A DNA stretch of 64,000 nucleotides, taken from an uncultured Gemmatimonadaceae bacterium. GTDB lineage: Bacteria; Gemmatimonadota; Gemmatimonadetes; Gemmatimonadales; Gemmatimonadaceae. Each line of letters begins with the position of its first letter. The first letter of the stretch is position 1. The DNA is taken from assembly GCA_963751275.1 (NCBI GenBank), contig CAVVTZ010000007.1:608001-672000 (forward strand). The letters are read 5' to 3'. Of the stretch, positions 32,000-42,252 are shown piece by piece. The notes beneath the pieces were generated by a model. The model saw nothing but the letters and a program-made list of their open reading frames with translations, ran no database searches and was not told the origin of the DNA. The position numbers and the translations under genes were made by a program.

Positions 32000-32988
32000 T
32001 GGCGAACATCTTCGCATTCGCCGAACAGCGCGGCGGCGCGCTGCGCCGCGTGGCGTTCGAGACCGTCACCGCGGCGCGCACGCTGGCCGACGCCACGGGC
32101 GGCGGTGAAGTGCACGCGATGCTCATCGGCGCGCCCGGTGTGCAGTCGCTCGCGGCGGAGCTCGGGAAATACGGCGCGGATGTCGTGGTCGTCGTCGAGC
32201 ACGCGGCGTTCGACAAGTGCAACGCCGAGTCGTGCGCGGCGACGGCGGCCGCGCGCATCAAGAGCGGCGGCTATCGCGCGGCGCTCTTCTCCGCGAGCGC
32301 GCAGGGGAAGGATCTTGCGCCGCGCGTCGCGGCCAAGCTCGGCGTCTCCATGGCGAGCGGCGCGATGGCGGTGACCGTCGACGGAGACGCGGTCGTGATC
32401 AAGCATCCGAGCTACATCGGAAAGATCATCATCACGCTGCGGCTCACCGGCTCGCCGGCGATCGTCACGCTGAACCCCGGCGCGATCACCGCCGTCGCGA
32501 ACGCGAAGGCCGGCAAGGTGGAATCGATGGCGCCCGCGCTCGATCCCGCCCAGGGGCGCGTGATCGTGAAGGAAATGGTGCAGGCTTCGACCGCGAAGCT
32601 CGATCTCGGCGACGCGCCCGTGATCATCAGTGGCGGCCGCGGACTCCGCGCGGCGGAGAACTTCAGGTTGGTGGAGGATCTCGCCGCTGCCTTCGGGAAC
32701 GCCGCGGTGGGCGCCACGCGCGCCGTCACCGACGACGGCTGGCGCCCGCACACCGACCAGGTGGGTCAGACCGGCCGCCAGGTGAGCCCGCAGCTCTATG
32801 TGGCGCTCGGCATCTCCGGCGCGATCCAGCATCTCGCCGGCATGCGCACGAGCAAGACCATCGTCGCGATCAACAAGGACAAGGAAGCCCCGATCTTCGG
32901 CGTCGCGGATTACGGCATCGTCGGCGACGTGCTCGAGATCCTGCCGCCGCTCATTGACGCGGTGAAGAAGGCGAAGGCGGGCGCTTAG
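31999..32988 (+). CDS. etfA: Electron transfer flavoprotein subunit alpha
   Basis: [33 protein letters not shown]. Confidence 0.95.
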   Translation: MANIFAFAEQRGGALRRVAFETVTAARTLADATGGGEVHAMLIGAPGVQSLAAELGKYGADVVVVVEHAAFDKCNAESCAATAAARIKSGGYRAALFSASAQGKDLAPRVAAKLGVSMASGAMAVTVDGDAVVIKHPSYIGKIIITLRLTGSPAIVTLNPGAITAVANAKAGKVESMAPALDPAQGRVIVKEMVQASTAKLDLGDAPVIISGGRGLRAAENFRLVEDLAAAFGNAAVGATRAVTDDGWRPHTDQVGQTGRQVSPQLYVALGISGAIQHLAGMRTSKTIVAINKDKEAPIFGVADYGIVGDVLEILPPLIDAVKKAKAGA

Positions 32989-32996
32989 CGCGCACG

Positions 32997-33022
32997 CCGC
33001 GCCGGCAGGCTGCCGGCGCGGC
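32997..33022. terminator. GC-rich hairpin between convergent etfA and pilX-like gene
   Basis: CCGCGCCGGCA/TGCCGGCGCGG inverted repeat. Confidence 0.45.
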
Positions 33023-33039
33023 CGCCCGGCAAGCCTCCG

Positions 33040-35035
33040 TCAGTAACCCGCCTGCAGCGTGCGGAAGAGCGTCGCGACGTCGAAGCGCGCCGGATCCATC
33101 TCGTAGAAGCGGTTTTCCATGTAGCGTCCCGTGGTCGGGAAATACGGCGGCGAGTTGGTGAGCAGGCACTGGTCCACCGCGCGGTCCGCGCCCAGGCCGT
33201 CGCCGCTGCCGGTGGATGTGAACGAGACGGTATCCTCCACGATGCCGCCCGCCTGGCGGAATGCAGCCCCGCCCCGAATTGATCACGCCGCACGTCTTCA
33301 GCGCCTCCGGGTGCGCGCTGTAGTTCTCGACGCCGACCGTTCCGGTGCGGCTCATCATCACGCCGTCGAACACGAAATCGTTCGCCGTGAGGAAGCCGTC
33401 GTCGTTGCCGTCGGTCCAGCGGTACGCGTACCCGAGGCCGGCTTGCTGCGGCGAGTTGATCGCGTTGTCGGCGATCAGTTGGTTCCCGTCGGAGAGCACG
33501 CCGAGCAGGTTGGCGCACGGCGTCGTGGTCGGATCCTGCACGTACACCAGATCGTCCACGTAGGCGACTTCGCCCAGCGCCGGCCCGACGGTCTGCGCGT
33601 ATACGGTGACGCGTCCGCGCAACACGCCGTTCAACGCGATCGGCCCGTTGACGTGGATCGCCCCATGCACGCCGGGATTCAGCCCGGCGCCCAGCGGCCA
33701 GAGCCAATGGTCTTGCGCCAGGTAGCCGGAGTAGGGCGTGTTGGCGGGGATCGCGGCGAGCGCCGTGGTGACCGGTGCGCTGTTCCCGCCCCACCGCTGC
33801 CAGTAGCCGAAGGTCGTGCTGTCGGTGAACGTCGTGTCCTCGCCGCCCTTCTGCCAGTCCGCGGGGAGCGGCGCGGGGAGCGAGAGCTTGTTGGGGCGCT
33901 CGATCGCGACGAGATGCGGGTCGCCCTGCGGGTAGCAGCGGAACGCCGCATGCGACATCATCACGTCGCGCTGGGCAGCCGTGACCGCGCCGGTCAGGGT
34001 ATCGGTCGGAGGCGCGGATCCGAAGGACGTCTTGAACCACGTCGCGGAGTGCACCGACACGGGGTAGAACTTGAGCCGCCGCGGTGTGGTGACGGAGTCG
34101 ATGTGCCAGTCTCCGCACTGGGTGTCGGGGCCGTGCGACGTACCCGACTCCTGGTCAGCGCGGACGCCGCGCGGATCGTTGCCCTGGTAGACGCGGAAGA
34201 ACCCCTCATTGGCGCCGGTGAGCGCCGTATCGCCGTTCAGGTCGACCGCCACGAATTCGAGCCGCGTCTGCACGGTGGCGGCGGTGTTCCCGACCGGCGT
34301 GATGTCCAGGTTGTCACCTGCCGCGCGGGTCTGGATGATCGCGACGCGGCTCGTGGGCGGCGTCACGATCAGCTGCGAAAGGTTGACGTACCCCTTGTGG
34401 AATACCGGCGCGCCGCCGGTGACGGACCCGCCCGCGGACACGGTGTCGTAATAGTCCGGGCTGCCGCAGGAACGCCAGTTCTCGTTGGTGTAGCCGCGGC
34501 CGCGCACGAATTCGCCGTCGCCGAAACAGGGTCCGCTCGCCGACCAGTGGTTCGTGAAGAGCCCGAAGCGCGCGAAATTCTCGTCCTGCAGCTCGAGCCG
34601 GCGCACGAAGCGCGTGCCGAAGGCGTCGTACGCCTCGGCCACCACGCTCACGAACTGGCCGTACTGCGCATCGACGTTCCCCGAGCGACCGGCGTACAGG
34701 TTCACCCGCACGCGAGGCACGTACTGCCCGTTCGCGCCAAGGATCTGTCCGCCCGAGGAATGATCTGGACGTAGCCGGAGTCCGGCAGAATGGATCGTGG
34801 TGTCCTTCGTGAGCTGCGCCTTGCCCATCGCGAGCGCCGCCTCGGCGGCGTAACGGTAGTTCGCCTCGCGGTCGTAGTACACGCCGAGCAGCGCGCCGCT
34901 TCCCATCAGCTCGATGGCCGACAGCGCGATCGCGCTGATCGCCACCGTGAGAAGCAAGACGAGCAGCAGCGCGCTGCCAGGGCGGAGCGGCGGGCGGCTC
35001 GGACGGCGGGTCGGCTCGGAGGGGGACCGGGTCAT
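33040..35035 (-). CDS. PilX-like minor pilin with large C-terminal domain (frameshift near 33250)
   Basis: GSALLLVLLL hydrophobic N-terminus, YAAEAAL; last gene of the pilin cluster; C-terminus SPPYFPTTGRY in a shifted frame. Confidence 0.75.
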
Positions 35036-35063
35036 AATGACGTTCCGCGATTTGATGGTGCGC

Positions 35064-36221
35064 CTACGGATTGGTGACCGAACCGGCGGCAGCAATGTTC
35101 GAGTTCTGTGGCGAGCAATCCTGCGCGACGACGCCATAGAACCACTGGCCGCTCTGCAGGTCGGTGTCGTCCAGCGTATAGGTCGGAGTGGATGCCGGGA
35201 TCGTGGCGATCGGCTCCCCCGTGTGCGGGTCGCCCAGGATGTGCTTGAACACCATGTAGCGCTCCACATCGCGCTCGCCGCCGGTCTGATCCGCCGAGGC
35301 GGTCCACGTCACGCGGGCGCTCGTCGGCGAACCGGTTGGGTAGAGTGTCACCGACGCGCCGATCGGTGCCCCGGGCGGGTTGCCGCACATCATGGCGCGC
35401 GCCATTCCGGCGTTGAGCACCTTGGTGTTCGTCTCCACCTTGCGGATCTGGTCACCCTTCACCGGGTCCTTGTACAGGCCCCACGCCATGACGCGCACCA
35501 TGCGGATCGAATCCGTCAGCGCGGATGCACCGGTGTCCATCGGCGCACCATGCAGCGGCGCGGTGTGCAGCAGGGGGAGGTGGGAGGTGGGGATCGAATC
35601 GAGGAGTCCGGCCGAATCCGGACGGTAATACGTGAAGAAGGCCTGACCGGCGGGGATGAGGAGTCCCTTGGTCACGACGGTGGCCACCCCGTTGTTGACC
35701 CGGCGGTAGAGGATGTAGATATCCGAACGGCCCGAGGTGGTGTCCTGGGTCACCCAGTACGACACGGTCTCGGCGCGCGACGGGAGCTGCATGCTGTTCT
35801 GGTACGGGACGAGCGGATAGTTGAAGGAGCTGTATGGGAGCGTGATCGCATCGCTCACCAGCATGCTCGTGAGCTCGCGCGGGTCCATCGAGGGATCGTA
35901 GTAGACGGCGGTCGGATCGGTCGAGTCCTGCGTGGCGAGGTCGGCGTTGAAGGTGATCGCCATCGGATGCGCCTGCACGATGATGGGCTGGAACCTCACG
36001 ACCCCGACGCCCGCCATGCGCACATCCCGGTCGATGGCGCTCTGGGCGAATCGGGCGTTCAGCATCGCCTCCTGGCGCCCCGCGTTCTGACCCACCGACT
36101 TCACCTGGAATTGGAAGAAGGGGACCCCGAGCGCCCCGACGATCGCGAGGATCAGGATGGCGACCATCAACTCGATGAGGGAGACGCCGCGGCGGGCGGT
36201 CTGGCGGATCGACGCGTGCAT
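35064..36221 (-). CDS. PilW-like type IV minor pilin with C-terminal FN3-like domain
   Basis: Prepilin site RG/VSLIELMV; ARFA...DRDVRMAG; VTWTASAD...Y.V...YGVVAQD. Confidence 0.85.
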   Translation of the reverse strand: MHASIRQTARRGVSLIELMVAILILAIVGALGVPFFQFQVKSVGQNAGRQEAMLNARFAQSAIDRDVRMAGVGVVRFQPIIVQAHPMAITFNADLATQDSTDPTAVYYDPSMDPRELTSMLVSDAITLPYSSFNYPLVPYQNSMQLPSRAETVSYWVTQDTTSGRSDIYILYRRVNNGVATVVTKGLLIPAGQAFFTYYRPDSAGLLDSIPTSHLPLLHTAPLHGAPMDTGASALTDSIRMVRVMAWGLYKDPVKGDQIRKVETNTKVLNAGMARAMMCGNPPGAPIGASVTLYPTGSPTSARVTWTASADQTGGERDVERYMVFKHILGDPHTGEPIATIPASTPTYTLDDTDLQSGQWFYGVVAQDCSPQNSNIAAAGSVTNP

Positions 36222-36232
36222 GTGATCGGACC

Positions 36233-36622
36233 TCAGAAGGCGCCGATGATGGTGGTCTTCGACACGGGGTTCGTGAGGCTGGCTTGCGTCACGGTGACGG
36301 TGACGGTCGTATAGTCGGTCTGCGCCGTGTTGGTGCGCACGACGTCGGTCTCCCGTGTGAATCCGGGGTGGCCGGGGATCGCCGACTCGATGGTGGCGTA
36401 GGTGCTGAGCGCCGAGTACGGCGCCGTCGTCTTGACGTATTCCAGACGGTCCTGCACGAGGTCGGCGGCCGTCGAGGCGATCGCTCCGGTGCTCGAAGTG
36501 TGCGCGAAGTTCGTAATGAACTTGCCCATGCCGAGCAGCGCACCCGTGAGGATCACGAGCGCCATGAGCACTTCCAGGATCGTCATGCCTCGCCGGGCGG
36601 ACCGGCCGCGCGGGGCGGACAT
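36233..36622 (-). CDS. PilV-like type IV minor pilin
   Basis: Prepilin site RG/MTILEVLMAL; alternative start 36649. Confidence 0.85.
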   Translation of the reverse strand: MSAPRGRSARRGMTILEVLMALVILTGALLGMGKFITNFAHTSSTGAIASTAADLVQDRLEYVKTTAPYSALSTYATIESAIPGHPGFTRETDVVRTNTAQTDYTTVTVTVTQASLTNPVSKTTIIGAF

Positions 36623-36649
36623 GGGCGATGCCTCAGGTACGGCGGCCAT

Positions 36650-37237
36650 CTAAAGATTCCCCGCGGTCCACATGTTGCCGATGTACTTGAACCAGTCGGT
36701 GTGGCCGGTGGATTTCAACATGGTCACGCCGCGAAAATCGTTCGGAGCTGCGCGGCGCGACGTCAGATAGACCTCGAGGTCGCTGTTGCCCGCGCCATTG
36801 CGGCGGAAGATGACGCTGGGGTAGCCGTCGACCACGATGAGGTTGGCGCCGTCGATGGCGCCTGACACGGGACCGTTCACTCCAATGGGCGGCGTCGCGA
36901 AATTCACGCCGTCGTCCAGATTCACCCAGGTCACCCGCTCGCCCGCATCATAGGTGCTGTTGTTGTTGTTGTCTTCGAGCATGCGCACCCGGTTGTTCGC
37001 TTGATCGAAGCTGACGATCACATTGTACTGGCGTGTGACGGCGAGCCGCTGCGCGATCTGGACTTGCGAGCGCACGAGCCGCACCCCCGCGTCCACCTGA
37101 AATTGCGTGAAGTTCACGTGAGGGATCGCGAATCCCGCGATGATGCCGATGATCACGATCACGACGATGAGTTCGGTCGTGGTCATCCCCGACCGGCCGG
37201 TAGTGATCCCGCGTTGCGCTGCCCGACGAACGTCCAT
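36650..37237 (-). CDS. FimT/GspH-like type IV minor pilin
   Basis: SG/MTTTELIVVIVIIGIIAGFAIP; AQRLAV; IFRRNG. Confidence 0.85.
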   Translation of the reverse strand: MDVRRAAQRGITTGRSGMTTTELIVVIVIIGIIAGFAIPHVNFTQFQVDAGVRLVRSQVQIAQRLAVTRQYNVIVSFDQANNRVRMLEDNNNNSTYDAGERVTWVNLDDGVNFATPPIGVNGPVSGAIDGANLIVVDGYPSVIFRRNGAGNSDLEVYLTSRRAAPNDFRGVTMLKSTGHTDWFKYIGNMWTAGNL

Positions 37238-37382
37238 TGAGCACCCCGTCCTTATTCGCTGCCGCCGGTCGATGAGACGTAGGCGGTCGCGGAACGTTTG
37301 TTTCCAGGTTACCGCGCGGTAGCGAGAACAAGCGCACAAAGGCCCCCTGTCACTGGTGGCCCTCGCACGCGCCCTGATCACC

Positions 37383-37399
37383 AGCAGATTCCATGCCCA
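37383..37399 (-). promoter_or_regulatory. Putative sigma54 (-24/-12) promoter of the minor pilin operon
   Basis: Minus strand reads TGGGCATGGAATCTGCT (GG-N10-GC); an AT-rich tract lies immediately upstream. Confidence 0.55.
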
Positions 37400-37670
37400 C
37401 AGCTAAGTTGTTATTAATCAATCTCCCACCAGGTGATCAGAATCGTTCCAGGTAGCAATAATTGCGATTGCTCGCAAGAAAGTTGCAGGAACCGGGGCGG
37501 CCGGTCGGTTCGAATACAAGGCCGATCCTAGGCCCGCGCCGGCGCCGGAAAGCGGAGCTGGAGGGCTCGCACGCGTGAACGGTGTTCGACCGCTGACGGA
37601 TCTCGACTGCGGACTTCCCTCTGCGCATCCGGTGCTTGTCGCACCCTGCAGCCCTCCGTAGCTTTGCGCG

Positions 37671-39698
37671 ATGCGCGCCGAGAATGCCGTCTTCGCGATC
37701 GTCGTCCTCGCCGCCACGGCGTTCTTCGCCACCAGCGCGCACCGGCTCATCTCCTACCTGCGCCTCGGCAAGCCCGACCCGCGCCTCGATCACCCGCTCG
37801 CCCGCCTCAAGAACGTCCTCACGATCGCGATCTTCCAGAAGAAGATCTTCCGCGATCCCGTGGCCGGCCCCATGCACGCGCTCATCTTCTGGGGCTTCCT
37901 CGTGCTCACGGCGGGCACGATCGAGCTGATCCTGCACGGCATGTTCCCGGGCTTCTCGTTCGGCTTCCTGCCGCAGCCGGTCTACACCGCATACGCCTTC
38001 TCGCAGGACCTTTTCGGCCTGCTCGTGATCGCGGCGGTGTCCTTCGCGCTCTTCCGCCGGCTCGTGATCCACCCCAAGCGCCTGCAGGGCGACGGCACGC
38101 ACCAAGGCGACGCGCTCCTCATCCTGAGCATGATCGGCGGCCTCATGGTGACGATGTTCTTCGCCAACGCGTTCGAGCTTGTGCTCGCCCCCGGCGCGAT
38201 CGTGAGCGCGAAATTCTTCAGTCACACGCTCGCGGGCTGGCTCGCGAGCACGCCGCCGGAGACGGCCCACGTGCTCCAGCGGATCTTCTGGTGGTCGCAC
38301 GCGCTGCTGGTGCTCGTGTTCCTCAACTATCTGCCATACTCGAAGCACCTGCACGTCATCACGTCGATCCCGAACGTCTTCTTCTCGAACGCGAACGGCC
38401 CGATGAAGAAGGGCGTGATCCGCTTCCTCGACCTCGAGGCCGAAGGCGCCGAGCAATTCGGCGCCGCCGACGTGGACCAGCTCACGTGGAAGGACCTCTT
38501 CGACGGCTACTCCTGCACGGAGTGCGGGCGCTGCACGTCGGTGTGTCCCGCGAACCTCAGCGGCAAGCTGCTCTCCCCGCGCAAGATCATCGTCGATACC
38601 CGCGCGCGCCTCATGGAATTCGCGCCGCCGACGATCGCCGGCGACATGACGCCCGCGATCAGGGACCACCGCCTCCTCGACAATTTCATTTCCGAAGAGG
38701 AACTCTGGGCCTGCACGACCTGCCGCGCGTGCGTGAACGAATGCCCCGTCGGCATCGAGCATCTCGATCACATCATGGACCTGCGCCGCGATCTCGTGCT
38801 CATGGAATCGCGCTTCCCGCCCGAAGTGCAGCCCGTGTTCGAGTCGATGGAGCAGCGCGGCAGTCCGTGGAACTTCTCCCCCACCGATCGCGCGAACTGG
38901 GCCGCCGGCCTCGACATTCCCACGATGGCCGAGCTGGCCGCGCGGGGCGAGCAACCCGAGATCCTCTTCTGGGTCGGCTGCATGGGCTCCTTCGACGACC
39001 GCGCGAAGAAGATCTCCGTCGCGCTCGCGCGCATCCTCAAGGCCGCCAACGTCAAGTTCGCGATCCTCGGCCAGGAGGAATCGTGCAACGGCGATCCTGC
39101 CCGCCGCATGGGCAACGAGTACCTCTGGCAGATGCTGGCCAAACAGAACATCGAGACGCTGGGCCGTTACCAGATCAAGACCGTCGTCACCTTCTGCCCG
39201 CACTGCTTCCACCAGATCGGCAACGAGTATCCGCAGCTGGGCGGCGACTACGACGTCATCCACCACTCGACTTTCATTGAACGGTTGGTAAATGAAGGCC
39301 GCTTAACCTTGGCCACCGACGAGGGGAAAGCCCTGACGATGGCCTACCACGACAGTTGTTACCTCGGCCGCTACAACGATGTCTATGATGCGCCGAGGAA
39401 CGCGCTGAAAAGAGCGCTCCCGGTGATGGCGTTGGCCGAGCCCGTTCGCTCGCGCGACCGCGGATTGTGCTGCGGCGCCGGCGGCGGCCGGATGTTCATG
39501 GAGGAGACCGTCGGCAAGCGCATCAATATCGAGCGCACCGAAGAATTGCTCGCGACGGGCGCCGAACAGATCGCCGTCGCATGCCCGTTCTGCATGACCA
39601 TGATCACGGATGGCGTGAAGGCGAAGGGCAGCGAAGTTCCGGTGCTGGACATCGCCGAGGTTGTGGCCGGGCGGCTTGCCGCCAAAGGAGCTGATTGA
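37671..39698 (+). CDS. Membrane-bound Fe-S oxidoreductase (FadF/HdrD-like, CCG domains)
   Basis: N-terminal TM region with [59 protein letters not shown]. Confidence 0.92.
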   Translation: MRAENAVFAIVVLAATAFFATSAHRLISYLRLGKPDPRLDHPLARLKNVLTIAIFQKKIFRDPVAGPMHALIFWGFLVLTAGTIELILHGMFPGFSFGFLPQPVYTAYAFSQDLFGLLVIAAVSFALFRRLVIHPKRLQGDGTHQGDALLILSMIGGLMVTMFFANAFELVLAPGAIVSAKFFSHTLAGWLASTPPETAHVLQRIFWWSHALLVLVFLNYLPYSKHLHVITSIPNVFFSNANGPMKKGVIRFLDLEAEGAEQFGAADVDQLTWKDLFDGYSCTECGRCTSVCPANLSGKLLSPRKIIVDTRARLMEFAPPTIAGDMTPAIRDHRLLDNFISEEELWACTTCRACVNECPVGIEHLDHIMDLRRDLVLMESRFPPEVQPVFESMEQRGSPWNFSPTDRANWAAGLDIPTMAELAARGEQPEILFWVGCMGSFDDRAKKISVALARILKAANVKFAILGQEESCNGDPARRMGNEYLWQMLAKQNIETLGRYQIKTVVTFCPHCFHQIGNEYPQLGGDYDVIHHSTFIERLVNEGRLTLATDEGKALTMAYHDSCYLGRYNDVYDAPRNALKRALPVMALAEPVRSRDRGLCCGAGGGRMFMEETVGKRINIERTEELLATGAEQIAVACPFCMTMITDGVKAKGSEVPVLDIAEVVAGRLAAKGAD

Positions 39699-40339
39699 TG
39701 GAAGACCTGACGCGTGGACCGGAGATGACCGAGCGCCCGCAGCTCATGGCGGGCTTCCTCTTGGTCTTGGCGGCCACCGGCGTGCCGCAATTCTCGCGCG
39801 TGGCCGCGGATTTCCTGGGCCCGGCGACGGGATTGGCGATCGCGGTCGTGCTCTGGGCGGTCGCCGCGGGGATCGGCTACCTGATCATCGGCAAGACGGA
39901 GGGCGGTCGCTCGCTGGTCGCGCTCGTGGTCGGCTGCGGCGCGGTGTGGACCTCGCTCATCTTCGCGATCTCCCTGTTGCTGCTGCGGCATGACATTTCA
40001 GGCGAATATCTTCTGCCGTGGTACACGATGAGCGCGGCCTTCACCGGCGCGACCTACGGCCTCCTCTGCTACGTTCGCTACCGCGGACTGCCGCTCACGC
40101 TGCGCCGCGCCGCGAAGACGTCGCTCATCGCGTCGGTGCCCGCCGTGGTCATGCTGCTGATGGGCACCATGCTCGCTCCGTTCGGCATCCGGACCACCGA
40201 TCCGGCATCGCTCGGTCTCGCCGTCGGGCTCGTGTTCGCGGCGCCGGTGGTGCTTTCGATCTCCCTCGAACTGATCTGGTCCACCATCCAGCGCTCGCGC
40301 GCTTCGGCGCGCGCGGCGCGACTCCGGGCGGCATCATGA
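39698..40339 (+). CDS. Hypothetical polytopic membrane protein, paralog 1 of 3
   Basis: About 6 TM; GCGAVW...TGATYG..YVRYRGLP motif; overlaps the fadF stop. Confidence 0.7.
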   Translation: MEDLTRGPEMTERPQLMAGFLLVLAATGVPQFSRVAADFLGPATGLAIAVVLWAVAAGIGYLIIGKTEGGRSLVALVVGCGAVWTSLIFAISLLLLRHDISGEYLLPWYTMSAAFTGATYGLLCYVRYRGLPLTLRRAAKTSLIASVPAVVMLLMGTMLAPFGIRTTDPASLGLAVGLVFAAPVVLSISLELIWSTIQRSRASARAARLRAAS

Positions 40340-40980
40340 AGCGAGATACGACGAATCCGACCGTCGCGACGATCGTGTCGCTCCGCCTGTCCGGCATCGT
40401 GGTGGTGCTGCTCGCGGCCATCGTGCCGATCGCGACGCTCTTCTACGCGTTCAACGCCGCGAACGAATGGGAACTCGTGCTGGCGCCGCTCGGATGGGCC
40501 GCGGTCGCCGCGATCTCGTGGGTGGTGCTGCAGCGCACGCCCGACGCGCGCACCCTTGTCACGCTGGTCTGCGGCTGTTGCGCGCTCTGGACGATCGCGC
40601 TCGGCGGCCCGCCGGCCTACGCGCTGCGGGATGCGCACGGCGAGTTCCTGAAGCTGGTGTTCCTGGTATCGTGCGCATCGATCACCGGCGCGTGCTTCGG
40701 CTACGTGTGCTTCATTCGCTACCGTGGCATCCCGCCGACGCTGAAGGGAGCGGTGCGGCTCGCGACGCTATCGGCCATGCCGGCCTTCTCATTGTTCCTC
40801 GTCGCGAACGCGGTCACGATGATGCAGCCGCACGAGCACGGCGGGGGCTGGACGGCCGCTGGATCGCTCAAGGAAGCGCTGCTCGTGCTCGTCGCGCCCT
40901 TCGTGTTCGCGCTCATCGTGACGATGGTCTCGATCCAGACCAGCCGCCGCGGTCTGACCAAAGCCAGCCCCATCGCCTGA
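40336..40980 (+). CDS. Hypothetical polytopic membrane protein, paralog 2 of 3
   Basis: GCCALW...TGACFG..FIRYRGIP; ATGA overlap. Confidence 0.7.
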   Translation: MKRDTTNPTVATIVSLRLSGIVVVLLAAIVPIATLFYAFNAANEWELVLAPLGWAAVAAISWVVLQRTPDARTLVTLVCGCCALWTIALGGPPAYALRDAHGEFLKLVFLVSCASITGACFGYVCFIRYRGIPPTLKGAVRLATLSAMPAFSLFLVANAVTMMQPHEHGGGWTAAGSLKEALLVLVAPFVFALIVTMVSIQTSRRGLTKASPIA

Positions 40981-41615
40981 TGGACGACAAGACCAGGCTC
41001 CCCGACCTCACGCCGCGGAGCCTGCGCTTCGGCGGCCTGGTAATGGTCCTCCTCACGGCCGCGGTGCCCGCGCTCGCCTGGACCTTCGCGGCATCGGTCC
41101 TTTCACTCGCGGGACTGTTCGTCGGAGCGTCCGCGTGGGCGGCGATCGCACTCGTCGGATATCTCGCCACGGGCCGCAACGCGCTCGCGCGCACGTTCGC
41201 GATCCTGATCTGCGGGTGCGGGGCGCTGTGGGCCGTCGTGCTCACCGTGGCGTTCTGGTTCCTCGTGCGCGGCCAGCTCGATGTGTCCAGCCCGGTGCCG
41301 CTCACCGACGGGCGCATGCCGGCCGGCGAGATCATGGCGCTGTGCGGCGTGGCCGCCGCCGCGACCGGCGCCACGTATGGCTACTTCTCCGCGATCCGCT
41401 ATCGCGACCTGCCGCGCACCTTCTCGAGGGCGCTGCGGGCCTTTGCGTGGGCGCTGCTGCCTTCGGTGGCGCTCTCTCTCGCCGTCTTCGAGACGGACCT
41501 GCTCAACCGGTACGTCCTGTTCGCCGTGGCCGCGCCGCTCGCGCTCGCGCTCGCCGTCACCGCCGCGGCCGCCGCGATGCCGCGCCGGGTCACCACGCCA
41601 GCCGGTATATCCTGA
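40980..41615 (+). CDS. Hypothetical polytopic membrane protein, paralog 3 of 3
   Basis: GCGALW...TGATYG..AIRYRDLP; TGATG overlap. Confidence 0.7.
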   Translation: MDDKTRLPDLTPRSLRFGGLVMVLLTAAVPALAWTFAASVLSLAGLFVGASAWAAIALVGYLATGRNALARTFAILICGCGALWAVVLTVAFWFLVRGQLDVSSPVPLTDGRMPAGEIMALCGVAAAATGATYGYFSAIRYRDLPRTFSRALRAFAWALLPSVALSLAVFETDLLNRYVLFAVAAPLALALAVTAAAAAMPRRVTTPAGIS

Positions 41616-42252
41616 TCGTCTGCTGCTTGTCGCCCACCGCGAATTTCCGCTCGATCGTCTCCACCCGCCGGAACTCGCGCTGCGCGCAGGCCTCCAGGAA
41701 TTCCTCGATCGCGATGCGCCCCGGATCGGCCATGACGGCCTCGCCCCCCGTCGCGAGCGCGCGCACCATCGCATCGGCCACCAGCGCGGCATAGGGCTTC
41801 TCGTACAGCACGTCGCACGCGACGACGAGGTCGTAGCGCCCCAGATCGGCCGGCAGCTCGCGCCAATTCACCATGCGCGTCGCCGGCTCGCGCCCGGTGG
41901 CGGCCCGCGCGTTCGCGCGCGTGAAGAGCAGCGCGTCCTCGTAATAATCGGTCGCGGTGACGGCGAACCCCGCGTGCATCGCCGCCGTGGTGACCAGGCC
42001 GAGCCCGCAGCCCAGCTCGAGCATCGTGCGTCCGTTGCCCGGCTGGTCCGCGATCCACTCCGCGAGGATCCGTGACGACGGCCAGACATCGGCCCAGTAC
42101 GGGAGCCGCTCATCCTTCACATAGTCCGCTTCGCTGATCAGATCGTCGGCGTCGCGCGGTTTCAAGAGCGTGATCGATCCCTCGCCCACGCGCACGGTCT
42201 CGCTGTCGGTCACGAACCGGCGCTCCAGCTCCTGCCGCAACGCGTCCGTCAC
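41590..42252 (-). CDS. Class I SAM-dependent methyltransferase (METTL21/family 16-like)
   Basis: PYWADVWPSS, LELGCGLG, ATDY, ACDVLYE, ADPGR. Confidence 0.85.
   Translation of the reverse strand: MTDALRQELERRFVTDSETVRVGEGSITLLKPRDADDLISEADYVKDERLPYWADVWPSSRILAEWIADQPGNGRTMLELGCGLGLVTTAAMHAGFAVTATDYYEDALLFTRANARAATGREPATRMVNWRELPADLGRYDLVVACDVLYEKPYAALVADAMVRALATGGEAVMADPGRIAIEEFLEACAQREFRRVETIERKFAVGDKQQTIRIYRLAW

Noticed and set aside
37270..37280. 11-mer ACGTCTCATCG shared by the pilin leader (minus strand) and the riboswitch leader (50230-50240)
   Set aside because: A match this short is expected by chance among the intergenic DNA here, and the flanks do not align convincingly.
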